From a virus (Duplodnaviria; Caudoviricetes): 64,000 bases of DNA. Below the pieces are notes generated by a model. It saw only the letters and a list, made by a program, of their open reading frames with translations, was not told the DNA's origin and made no database searches. Of this stretch, positions 48,923 to 59,180 are shown piece by piece. A program made the translations under genes and the position numbers. Where the stretch lies: positions 96,001 to 160,000 of the IMG/VR virus record IMGVR_UViG_3300032254_000001; one strand, given 5' to 3'. The stretch's first letter is position 1, and each line of letters starts with the position of its first letter.

Positions 48923-48951
48923 ATTATACTGGGTTCTGGGCATAAGGTCAA
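48923..48951 (-). promoter_or_regulatory. Strong early sigma70 promoter, copy 1
   Basis: TTGACC-17 bp-TATAAT-TAGTACATAG. Confidence 0.9.
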
Positions 48952-48976
48952 CCTTTTTATTAATTTATTTGCGGCT

Positions 48977-49168
48977 TATAAATCAATGACTTACAAGCAT
49001 GTTAAAATAAGGCGTTTTAAGGCGGTTTTACGCGGTTATATGCGTATTGATACGTGATTTAACATTACATGCAAAGTTTTTTCCACTATTGCTATATAAA
49101 TCAACGACTTAGCGAATATTAGCTTTTCGCAGAATACGGTTTTAACTCTATATAAATCAATGACTTAC
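48977..49168 (+). repeat. Three IHF-consensus sites
   Basis: TATAAATCAA(T/C)GACTTA at 48977, 49095, 49151, matching WATCAANNNNTTR. Confidence 0.75.
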
Positions 49169-49177
49169 AATGCCGCC

Positions 49178-49204
49178 ATAAAAAGCCCGCATTGCGCGGG
49201 CTTT
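49178..49204 (-). terminator. Rho-independent terminator
   Basis: AAAGCCCGC..GCGGGCTTTTT hairpin. Confidence 0.8.
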
Positions 49205-49254
49205 ATATTTCCTTATGCACTTATTAGATATAAGTGATCCATCTATTTCCAGGG

Positions 49255-49482
49255 TTAACTAATTGCTTTAGCTCGGCTACCAGTAACATCACGTGATGTC
49301 ATTGAATACTTACCTGCTGTAACTTTAACATTCAAACCTAACTGGCGTAAGTCGAAAACGCGAGCTGTTAAGTTCATGATTCCGTATTGCTTTGCTGCTT
49401 GGCTTGCTGTAAGTGTGCGCCCTGTACCACGTAAATGGTTTTCCAAGAATCGAGCTTGGCCTTTTACTTTATAGTATGACAT
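49255..49482 (-). CDS. Winged helix-turn-helix protein
   Basis: LTASQAAKQYGIMNLTARVFDLRQLG; own promoter TTGACA-17-TATACT at 49541-49569. Confidence 0.7.
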   Translation of the reverse strand: MSYYKVKGQARFLENHLRGTGRTLTASQAAKQYGIMNLTARVFDLRQLGLNVKVTAGKYSMTSRDVTGSRAKAIS

Positions 49483-49587
49483 TTTATATTCCTCTAAATA
49501 TTACACTGTACAGGTCTTACTCTGTACAACGCATACCACAAGTATACGCTCTTCCCTGTAAAATGTCAACGGGCAATTTATCCAAAG

Positions 49588-50172
49588 CTATCGCTTTAGG
49601 ATAATCTCATCAGCTAAACCGTAAGCTACAGATTCTGGTGCGTCCATAAAGTTGTCACGGTTGGTATCCTTTTCAATTGTTGCATAAGGCTTACCAGTGT
49701 TAGTAACATAAACTTCATTCAACGCTTTCTTCCAACGAAGTGTTTCAGCTGTATGGATTTCGATATCCGATGCTTGACCACTGTATCCTGCTAGAACCTG
49801 GTGAATCATATGTGTAGCATGTTTCAGCATCATACGTTTACCTTTGGTACCGCTTGACGCTATCAATGAACCCATGCTTGCCGCTTGGCCTGCAACGATA
49901 GTTCGAACATCACATTTGATAAAATTCATTGTGTCAATAACTGACATACCTGCTGTAACCGATCCGCCCGGGCTATCGATGTAAAGTAGGATTTCGGCAT
50001 CTGGATTTTCACTTTCCAAATATAACATTTGAGCAACAATCACATTTGAGCTAACCTGGTCAACCGGACCATTAAGCATGATAATTCGTTCTTTAAGTAA
50101 ACGACTGTAGATATCATAACTACGTTCGCCTTGTGCTGTTTTTTCAACAACCATTGGTATTAGACCAGACAT
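49588..50172 (-). CDS. clpP: ClpP protease
   Basis: True start [10 protein letters not shown] with RBS; [28 protein letters not shown]. Confidence 0.95.
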   Translation of the reverse strand: MSGLIPMVVEKTAQGERSYDIYSRLLKERIIMLNGPVDQVSSNVIVAQMLYLESENPDAEILLYIDSPGGSVTAGMSVIDTMNFIKCDVRTIVAGQAASMGSLIASSGTKGKRMMLKHATHMIHQVLAGYSGQASDIEIHTAETLRWKKALNEVYVTNTGKPYATIEKDTNRDNFMDAPESVAYGLADEIILKR

Positions 50173-50266
50173 ACAAACTCCTCTTATTAAGTATGAATAC
50201 ATAATAGCATAAATAGTACATACAATGCAATGACAAATTGTACCAAAACTAATACAGGATACCAAA

Positions 50267-51811
50267 ATGCGTTTTACCGAATTTAACCAAATTGACGAGG
50301 CCATTCTTTTAGAATCTCGTGGACTAGCTAGTCGTAAAGTTGGTGATGTTTTTACTTCCAATGGTGGCGAAGACATGACCTTTCAGGGTATTGAGTTTTA
50401 CCCACAGACTGGTAAATTTGAAGACCCAGAAGAACTTGCTGCTGAAATTGATAACGCAGAAAACGAATTTGGTATAATTACATGGTTAAACAATCCTCCC
50501 AAGACAGGTGGCTTTGGTGTTGTTAGCTTCGAAACTAAAAAGGGCGACATTAAACACTACGGTCGTTTCTTTAAAGTAGTTAAGGCAATGCACGATCAAA
50601 TGTCTTGGAGCAATAAAGATATCCCAGGATACGGACTTGCTAGTAAAGCAGGCGTAAAAGAAACTGCTGGCATGCAACCATCCGATGTACTAACACAAAA
50701 CGATAACAACACTCCAGCAACTATTGTAAAACAAATTGGTGCTAAGTTCGGCAAGGACCATATCCTAACTAAGGTTGCCGCTGCTGTTGCACGTGGTAAG
50801 AAATTCCCAATTAAAATTCCTGCACAAGAAGGTTTAAGCTTTGAAGCTTACCGTGATTACTTCTCTGAGATGTTACATCCAATTGCACTTATGAAACATA
50901 CAACTAGCGGCAATGCATCTGAAGCAGAGCAGCAATTCCTACCTGGCAGTAGCTTTGCAGAATGCTCTATTAGCTTTAGTACTTCAAAGACAGAAGGCCT
51001 AAGTGATAGTATCCTAGTTAACCCAGAAGGCCAGAACATTAAGGTTAGCAGTAAAGGTAAGTCAGGCGGCGCTCAAGCAAGTATTAAAAACTTAACAGAT
51101 GCTATACACGAATTAAAGAATCCGAAGCTAATTAAAAAGCACAAAGAAATTATCGACCTTATTGATACTGTAACAAGTGCTGGCGCTAAGGAAGCTCCTA
51201 GCGAACTTGCAATACATTACAAAATGATTAATCCAAAGGAAGCAGGATTAATTACGCGCATGGCAACACTAGTAGACAGTGGCAAGCTTAATCACAAGAA
51301 GGTCCTTAAAGGTGGTTACCTAACTAAGAGATTACAAAAGATATATGAAAATCGTGTAGCTAAAGATGCTTCTAAAGTAAATCCACATGCACATATGGTT
51401 GCCGCTCTTGCGTTCTTAGTAAGTGATCATATCAACAATAAATCTACATTTAGTAAGTCAGCATCAGAAATACTTAACCACGCAGGTTTAGTTACTGTTG
51501 ACACTAAAGCAAAGGAAACTAGCAAGGAATGGATCATAGAAGATTTCGAATCTAAATTCCCAGGTGAATCAATCACCGGTGTATTATTATCAGCACAAAA
51601 GAACTATTCAAGCACAATGTTCCGTGGTAACTTTACATTTAAGATTCTTAAGAACAATGCAAATCCAAAAGTATTTGCTGATGTGAAACCTGACGATGCG
51701 CCAGATAAGAAGAAAGCACCTAAGAAGAAGGCTGCTAAAAAGAGTTTGTCTGCTGCGAGTGGTGGTACTAAGAAACCTGCTAAAGGTACAACACAAAGAT
51801 CGAAACGTTAG
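50267..51811 (+). CDS. Putative head-packaged protein, possible PD-(D/E)xK nuclease fold
   Basis: MRFTEF..LLE leader; LSDSIL..IKVSSKG; Lys-rich tail. Confidence 0.5.
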   Translation: MRFTEFNQIDEAILLESRGLASRKVGDVFTSNGGEDMTFQGIEFYPQTGKFEDPEELAAEIDNAENEFGIITWLNNPPKTGGFGVVSFETKKGDIKHYGRFFKVVKAMHDQMSWSNKDIPGYGLASKAGVKETAGMQPSDVLTQNDNNTPATIVKQIGAKFGKDHILTKVAAAVARGKKFPIKIPAQEGLSFEAYRDYFSEMLHPIALMKHTTSGNASEAEQQFLPGSSFAECSISFSTSKTEGLSDSILVNPEGQNIKVSSKGKSGGAQASIKNLTDAIHELKNPKLIKKHKEIIDLIDTVTSAGAKEAPSELAIHYKMINPKEAGLITRMATLVDSGKLNHKKVLKGGYLTKRLQKIYENRVAKDASKVNPHAHMVAALAFLVSDHINNKSTFSKSASEILNHAGLVTVDTKAKETSKEWIIEDFESKFPGESITGVLLSAQKNYSSTMFRGNFTFKILKNNANPKVFADVKPDDAPDKKKAPKKKAAKKSLSAASGGTKKPAKGTTQRSKR

Positions 51812-52047
51812 TACATGCTGTCGTACGCGGCTTCGTAAACTATTTCCGACTCTTCATTAAGTTCATCTAGTTCGTTATCTGATAACGGTGTTCCATTATT
51901 AAATTCTGCATAACCAATAAATGCATCACAAAAATCTGGATAGTCTTTTCTGTCAACGTCTTCTACTTCAAACGTATCAAAATTAACTAGGTTGATATCA
52001 AGCGGTACGCGCTTTAATGCTTCGAATGTATCTTCTGCTGTAGGCAT
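51808..52047 (-). CDS. Small acidic protein
   Basis: DRKDYPDFCDAFI..AE..LSDNELDELNE. Confidence 0.65.
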   Translation of the reverse strand: MPTAEDTFEALKRVPLDINLVNFDTFEVEDVDRKDYPDFCDAFIGYAEFNNGTPLSDNELDELNEESEIVYEAAYDSMY

Positions 52048-52355
52048 TGTTGCTCCGGTGTTGAATTGTTTAAAGCTGCAAGCAACCTTCCGTGGTTGCT
52101 GTCAGTGGGATTGTGAAACTCATATAGCTATTGTCATCCCCATCTATTTTCTCTTGGTTTTATATTTTATTATTTAAGTTGTCAACATGGTTTGACACGC
52201 ATAGGCCTTCTCCTAGTTAAGTTAAGTCCGGAACCCTTGTGGAGCGAGTAAGGGTTCTACGGGGTACTGCTTCTCTATTATATAGTCTCTATGTGGCTAA
52301 AAGGCCTTTATCAGTTTATTTCATCTGTACCTGACGGCTCCGCGTATGGCAAAAA

Positions 52356-53710
52356 TTATGCCAATTCTTTTTCGTACTCTTCAACATTACTTACCGCTTG
52401 CGGATAGAAGCACGAACCTTCTTTGTTCGCTACCATTATCTTAGATGCGTAGTACATCGCTTCCTTAATGATCTCACTTTCGAAATCACCAATTGGCTTA
52501 ATGTTTATAGTAGTAAACGAATTGCCAGTCACAGGATCCTTAAGGTCCGACAGAACCAACGAACCTGCGATGTAGTAACATCCGCCTAGCTCATCCATTC
52601 TCTTTAAGGCCGGGATTGCGTTCTTGTATTTCTCAACAAGTCTTACATTATGAATTAAATCTTCAGACATTATTCTGCACTCGGGTTAGTTTCTGCGGGT
52701 GCTGCTTTGCCTTTAACAATTTCTAGGCATACGGCAGCGGATTCATCATCCCAACCTTCAACTGCACATCTGGCAGCAAGTGGGTCAACTTTCTCTTTAC
52801 TAATTAATTCTTCAACTAATTTTAAGCGAGCCATTTCAGCTGTGTGCTTTGCTTCTTGCACTTCAATCTTAGCTTTTGTTGCCGCTGCTTCAGCTTTTGC
52901 TTCTTCAGGATTATAACTGTTCATGTGCATGGTGCAGGTTGTTATTGATAAAAATATAACAACAACTACCGCAGCAATTGTTCTAGTTATTAATCTGTTG
53001 AGCATAAACTCTCTTTCGTCTTTACTAATTTGTTCCATTGTTTTTCCTTATCCGCCTTTGTAGCCTTTGAGTACTGCCATAGTCAGTGATTGCTCAATAT
53101 CATCTGGCGGTATTGTGAATGTTTCATTAATGCTATCGAACTTGAACTCTCTAGATTTGTCATCTAATTCTGCGCCTGGTGTAACCGCCCAAACATTACT
53201 GTTAGTCCAACGTGAGATTCGACCGATACCAAGTGACTTACCTGGCTTAACACCAATCACCCAATCACCGCGTTGAAGTTCTTGTTTGTACTTGTTAACA
53301 GGATTTTTAATTTCTGCCTTATCGTGCTTTTTTACATTGCGGACATAATTAGTTTTATGTTCGCCTAGGAGTACTTTTGCATAGGCTTCGTTAATACGCC
53401 CTTTTTGCTTGCGACCATCTACTTCGTAAATAATCGTACCACCGTAAGTTACAAGCTTATTCGGTTCATCATTCTTGCTGTTTTTATAACGCTCGGCATG
53501 TGTTTCAACTTCAACATCAACTATCCTAGCAATAGTACCGATGGTTGCTGTGCATGTGATTTCAATATAGACATTCTTAGGAACAACAATGTCGCTAGTT
53601 TTATAAAATGTGTAAACAGTATGATTCCGACCTTGCCAGTTCCTTTTTTCTTCGGACCTGACTTTAACGCCTTCGCAACTTCGTAAGATGGCTTCCATTG
53701 CTGCTGACAT
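52356..53710 (-). CDS. Three early hypothetical CDS (52356-52670; 52670-53038 with TM anchor; 53048-53710)
   Basis: Abutting ORFs. Confidence 0.6.
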
Positions 53711-54198
53711 TAGCTTGCCTCCGAAATGTCTCTAAGGTAAGCATAAGCGACATAATACTTTGCTAACCGAGCTGCTGCCTTTGGAGCAATCGTTCCGTCT
53801 GCTAAAATGTCTTCTGGCTTCATTCTGTGGATGTCACTGTTGTGACGTAAGTCAGCCATCTTAATTGCGATAGCAATAACTGATACAGACAGCTTGCGTA
53901 CATAATCCATGTATGGCACACCCTTAAGGTGCGTCATTAGCACAACGATTTCAACTGTACGTGGGTCAAAGCCTTCATCTATTAGCTTTTGAGCAGACCA
54001 CAGTTTTGGACGGTCTTCAAGCAGATCATGAAATACTGCGGCTATCATTGCTTCGGTGCCCAAGTGAGCAACACCACGCATCACATGCAAGCAATGCTCA
54101 ATATAAGGGACACCGCCCTTATCAAATTCGCCCTCGAACGCTGCTGATGTTATTGCAATCGCTTTGTCGAGTCCTGCGTATTTCACCTTATCTGCCAT
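53710..54198 (-). CDS. HD-domain RelA/SpoT-type hydrolase (small alarmone hydrolase-like)
   Basis: PYIEHCLHV, AAVFHDLLED, IKMADLRHN. Confidence 0.8.
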   Translation of the reverse strand: MADKVKYAGLDKAIAITSAAFEGEFDKGGVPYIEHCLHVMRGVAHLGTEAMIAAVFHDLLEDRPKLWSAQKLIDEGFDPRTVEIVVLMTHLKGVPYMDYVRKLSVSVIAIAIKMADLRHNSDIHRMKPEDILADGTIAPKAAARLAKYYVAYAYLRDISEAS

Positions 54199-54239
54199 AT
54201 TAGTCCTCTCTTATGTGCCTTTTATCTAACTATGTACTA

Positions 54240-54268
54240 ATTATACGGTACATCTACCCAAAGGTCAA
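54240..54268 (-). promoter_or_regulatory. Strong early sigma70 promoter, copy 2
   Basis: TTGACC-17-TATAAT; 28 bp identical to copy 1. Confidence 0.9.
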
Positions 54269-54271
54269 CCT

Positions 54272-57200
54272 TTATCTTTGCTGAAAACGGTGGTTTAAGT
54301 CGTCAATATAGCAGTAAGATGTGGCTGGTTTATCGCCCTGTGCTGCTACATGCTGTACCATAACGTTGACTTTCTGCTCTGCGATCAGCACATTTAGCTC
54401 TTCTGTGGTTATTTCACTTTGGTGCTCAAGCCCAGTTATACCATCTAGGTTGGTCCTCCAATAATATACTACGTACTTCATTCTAAATCTTCTCCAAGTT
54501 CTAAATATTCACCAGCAATTAAACCATTAACGGTGTGTACCAAGTTCCAAGTTTCTGGATGTGAATGGCCATAATTGCTAGTTACACTAACCTCAAGTTC
54601 GTTAGTGTCTTCTTTGACTTCCTTAATTGTACAGAACCAATTGAACTCCGGACTAGACATTTCTCGTCTGTACATATGTTCAATCTGCATACCAACAAAT
54701 ACTTCACCGCGTTTACGCTTTGTCATCATTCATCTCCTGCAATACTTCTGCTAATAGTTCTTCATGCAATGCCATAACTTCTGCATCACGTTTAATATCG
54801 GCTTCTGTCTTTAGCATCTTCATTACTTTCTGACAGATGATATAGTTTTCTTTTGCACGTGGATCCTTAATGCGATCAACATCCGGTTCAGTTGCGCCAT
54901 CTTCATTCCAGCAACCGTACGCACCATTTACCTTAGGTAAAAACCAGTGTATGAATTCATGTATGCCTGCGCGCCATTCATCAGCTATTTCGTTTGGCAT
55001 ATCTGCTGCCTTGCCCATGTTGCAATAATTCCAACTCATTGGGTAGACACTTGTGTATGATAGCTCGTTGCCAGCAATACTTGAATGTGGAGTGCTGCAA
55101 AGATAATCAATGTGCTTCTCACGGAAGCCACGTACCACACCTTCGTACTCTAAGCGTACTGATTCACTGTCGGACATTTGATCCTGACACTTGCCAAAGT
55201 CATATGGTTCAGCTTCTTTAATATGTTCAGGCATTGGGCGATTAGGATCATCCAATACATTTGATAGTCTGCCTTTGTCGTTCCAATCGTATCCTGTTCC
55301 GTTTGTACAAAACAAAGTTTCAAGGCAATGTATACGAGTTGGATACAAACTTGGGTATTCAAGCATCATACGCTTAACTTCAAGATCTAAGCTGTTTAAT
55401 TCTCTAGTCATTATCCGTGATCCTCATCTGAGATATAGCCAATGCGAATACCATCTTCTGGCTTTTGGTCTTTAAAGTGTAGGTACAGCATTTCGTCTGG
55501 TTGAATAAAGCAACCTTCAACAATGGAAATTGTCATGCCCATCATCTTCATGCCTTTGCGCTTGCCGGAATCTAATATCATGTCTTCAACTGATATCCAT
55601 ACATCAGACTTGCGCATCTCACCATTCTTATTATGGTACATAGGCGTTAAGTAGTGTAACCATCTCATGACTGCTGACTCTTTAATTTGTTTAGGATCAT
55701 GTTCTTTGGAACATCACGCACTGCCTTGCCTGCGTATATTGACACAATATAGAACAATGCCAGTATATAATGACCGAACCAAATAAAGGTACATGTCAGA
55801 GCAAGATCAAATGCTAGGTCAATTGGGAATGGTATAACAGACTGCGGCATTCGCGCAAATGTTTCTCGAAGATCGCCTTTGTTATCGTTATTATCAAGAT
55901 CATCGATGAACAGGCCAAACATTATCAGTACACCAAGTAAACCAGTAATCCAGGCCATAAACAAGGCAACATTTTTTGCACCTTCAACCTGTTCAAAGAA
56001 ACCGTAATATAAACACGCTGCAAAGATCGTATTAACTACGATGTATCGCGCATAAAGATATGCTGGATGTTCTCCTATAGCTTTCCAGCTCATGCAAATA
56101 CTCCTAACTTGTTAGACCAAAACCAAACTTGAAACATTACAGATGGATACATAATGATATAGTGAGTTGGTGTTATTTCAGTAAATGGAATGATAGCTGG
56201 TAACGTAACCCCGTTGCCAATCATCGCCCCAAACATCTTAAAAAATCCGGTAATTATGGCACAAGCCGTAAAAATAAATGCTATTTCTATAATCATAAGT
56301 CTTCCACTAGTTCGTATGAGTTATTATACACGTATTCTAGGAACACGTCTTCCACTGTTTTGCCAATTTGTGCTGCAAACCATGCAATGATATAACCGTT
56401 TTTCCAGTTCTTACCAGTCTCATAACCATCTTTATAAAAGTTGCGGTTGTTACCCATTTTCACTGCCTGCTTCGTAACCTTGTTCGTAACCTTCGTCATT
56501 GCCATCTGAGTAGCAAGACTCGCCATATGATTCTAAAGAGCTAACCTTCCAGCGATCTGTTTTAAATGTCTGGTTGTCTTTGTACTGATCACATGCTACT
56601 TTTGGTCCTGAGAACAGAACGCTTGTGCCAATATGAACTACGTATACTTCAAACATTATATCGATGCTCCTGCTGCGTCTTCGTGCATGCCTTCAATCTC
56701 TTCGCGTAAACGTTCAATCTCATCAGCTGCTTCATTGCAGTAATCTGGAGACCAATAATCGCCAACACTGTTCTTTCTCTCAGCAGCTATGTCTCGCATG
56801 ATTTCTGTGATATCAATGTCTGCCACGGAACGCTCCAGTGATGCTACGGCTACGGTCACTAGCTAATGACTTAACAAGCTCTGACCGTAGCTGTTTACGT
56901 TTATGATAAATCATATCGCGACCTAGTTTACATTCACACATATCCATGTCGCCGCCCATTGCGTTGATTCGTACTGCTAGTGAGTTTGAAGTTTGCATTC
57001 TGTGATCTCCTAATCGTTAAATACAATTGCCGTAATATTCTTCAGTGCTGAATCACGTGTGTATGCTTTAAAGTGCCAAGCTTGCAATTCACCTTCGTTG
57101 CTCTTTTCTTCATGATCTAAATAAAAAGTAAGTTCCTTGCCTGTGCGAGCACTTACCATCTTAAAACCTGCGTCAGCCGAGTCTGGGAAAATACGCTCCA

Positions 57201-57613
57201 GACGAAAATCAATATCTGATGCTTCTGCGACAAACTCGTTGTCGTCTTTGTAGTACGTAAAACCTGTAGAGTTAATAACCATCTTATGAACACCAATAGT
57301 TTTCTGAAGCTGGGCTAGTTGAATAGTTTGCATTAATGCTTTCCTGGAACTCTTCTCCAGTCATTGCATTTTTGCGAGTAACTGTCTTTTCAATGTTCTT
57401 GTTAAACTCACCTAGTTCAGCAATTGCAAAATCTTCTTTTACATATGGTGTCTCAGTGTCATACTGGTAACCAAGCTTGCCTTTCTTGTCTAAACGTGTA
57501 AGAGCTGCTTTTGCTGCACTTTCACTTTTATAACGTTCTATGTAACATCCAACTGAGCGAGCTGGAGCACTTAGTATCTTAGTAGTTTCTTTGTTGTATA
57601 TTACGTATGGCAT
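54272..57613 (-). CDS. Run of about 12 small early hypothetical CDS (including 54713-55411, membrane protein 55665-56093, 57010-57282, 57284-57613)
   Basis: Contiguous minus-strand ORFs downstream of the promoter at 57647. Confidence 0.55.
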
Positions 57614-57646
57614 GTTCTTGCTCCTGTTTATTAACTCTATGTACTA

Positions 57647-57675
57647 ATTATATGGCTTTTTGGGCAAAAGGTCAA
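57647..57675 (-). promoter_or_regulatory. Strong early sigma70 promoter, copy 3
   Basis: TTGACC-17-TATAAT-TAGTACATAG. Confidence 0.9.
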
Positions 57676-57700
57676 CCTTTTTGTTACTTTATTTGCACTA

Positions 57701-57788
57701 TATAAATCAATGACTTACAAATTAGTTGCAAATTAATTACATTAGCAAAATCAATGACTTACGTTAGCTAGCAAAATCAATGACTTAC
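57701..57788 (+). repeat. Three IHF-consensus sites
   Basis: AAATCAATGACTTAC in motif copies starting at 57701, 57745 and 57771. Confidence 0.75.
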
Positions 57789-57832
57789 ATGCCCTACATT
57801 AACATGCACTAATTTAATGCATAAATACTACA

Positions 57833-58657
57833 ATGAACGAAGACACAAAGCAGTACATCCGGGATGCGATAACCAATGATACGCTTGAAATAAAATACCA
57901 ACCGCAATTTTCCGTGATAGAGGGCAGTGGCACCAGGGCAATATCTAACCCAGGGCAAGTTCTAGAGCGACTTAAGATATCAGGTGTCGAGGCACTAGTC
58001 CGCCCAGACACTAACGTATGTCACATTGAGACACTGCTTAAAGTAGCCGTAACATCAAATCAAATAATCGACTTAGGCTATCACATAATGAGAAAGGCTG
58101 TCGAACAACTTAAAGAGTGGATAGATGACAACGTAGTTTGTAATTCATTCTCAATGTCAGTTAATGTGTCAGCTGAGCAATTACACGATAAGCACTTTTG
58201 CGCAAATGTATGTGGTATCGTAAACGATGCAGGAATTAGTCCACACCAGCTAACAATAGAACTTACTGAGACCTCAATGATTAGCGATGTGAATGTCGCA
58301 AAGATGTACCAGCTTTCGACGCATGGTATTAATATTTCAATTGACGATTTCGGAACAGGTTACAGCTCATTGGGTAGATTAAAAATGATGCCGTTTAATG
58401 AACTTAAAATAGACAAGATGTTTATAGACGATATCGGAAAGTCGTTCGAAGACGTTGCTCTTGTTACTGCGATATATCAGTTAACTACTGCGCTTGATAA
58501 ATTTACTATTGTTGAGGGAGTAGAAAACGGAGCTCAATTTTCACTACTGCGAACAATCGGGTTTACATCTTTCCAAGGTTATTATTTTAGTGCTTCTGAG
58601 ACTGCTACGGAGATGACTGATATTCTTAGCCTAACAAACTCTTTACACTCTCAATAG
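57833..58657 (+). CDS. Stand-alone EAL-domain c-di-GMP phosphodiesterase
   Basis: YQPQ, EALVR, SVNVS, IELTE, DDFGTGYSSL, KID, EGVE, QGYYF all intact; TAAATA at 57822. Confidence 0.93.
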   Translation: MNEDTKQYIRDAITNDTLEIKYQPQFSVIEGSGTRAISNPGQVLERLKISGVEALVRPDTNVCHIETLLKVAVTSNQIIDLGYHIMRKAVEQLKEWIDDNVVCNSFSMSVNVSAEQLHDKHFCANVCGIVNDAGISPHQLTIELTETSMISDVNVAKMYQLSTHGINISIDDFGTGYSSLGRLKMMPFNELKIDKMFIDDIGKSFEDVALVTAIYQLTTALDKFTIVEGVENGAQFSLLRTIGFTSFQGYYFSASETATEMTDILSLTNSLHSQ

Positions 58658-59180
58658 TATCTAGTGTTACATTGTCAAGCTCACGTGCCCAGCTAGCTAG
58701 TTCGTGAGTGTAATCAACTAATACAAATTGAGTCATAGGATTTGTTTTTATTATTTCGCGTACATTAAAATAGTATTCTTCTCGTAGTACTCGTTCAGCT
58801 TCGTCGTCTGTGTTTAGTATAGGACTAAAATTAAAACCTGCCATTAGTACAATATCAAACTGTGGTACTGCAAGATTCATTGCAACGATGTCATCTTTGT
58901 TAACAATCGCTTCGTTCTTAAACTGACCATTGAACAACTTTACACCCAACGGGCTGCCAACTTTTGTGTAGCTTTCTTGCATGATGTGTAGAGTGCAAAC
59001 TGCATGGAATGCACGTTGGATTAAATTCTTAGCGTCAGCAGTTACCGAGCAGATACAGTTATCTGGTCTGTACTCTTTCCATGTCTTCCAACTACCCCAG
59101 GATATTGCTGTTTCTTTAATAACACTTGGATCTAGTACGCCGGTTGGAATGTCTTCGCTAATTATCCAACATACTTTCAT
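58626..59180 (-). CDS. Hypothetical protein
   Basis: 184 aa ORF. Confidence 0.6.
   Translation of the reverse strand: MKVCWIISEDIPTGVLDPSVIKETAISWGSWKTWKEYRPDNCICSVTADAKNLIQRAFHAVCTLHIMQESYTKVGSPLGVKLFNGQFKNEAIVNKDDIVAMNLAVPQFDIVLMAGFNFSPILNTDDEAERVLREEYYFNVREIIKTNPMTQFVLVDYTHELASWARELDNVTLDTIESVKSLLG

Noticed and set aside
49588-50376. 262-aa ClpP with a long N-terminal extension
   Set aside because: The extension overlaps the divergent gene and promoter region; the RBS and family start point to ATG at 50172.
48977-57788. AAATCAATGACTTAC repeats as a CRISPR or mini-array
   Set aside because: Repeats are only 15-18 bp, spacing is irregular (26-118 bp), and no cas genes are present; an IHF-site explanation fits better.
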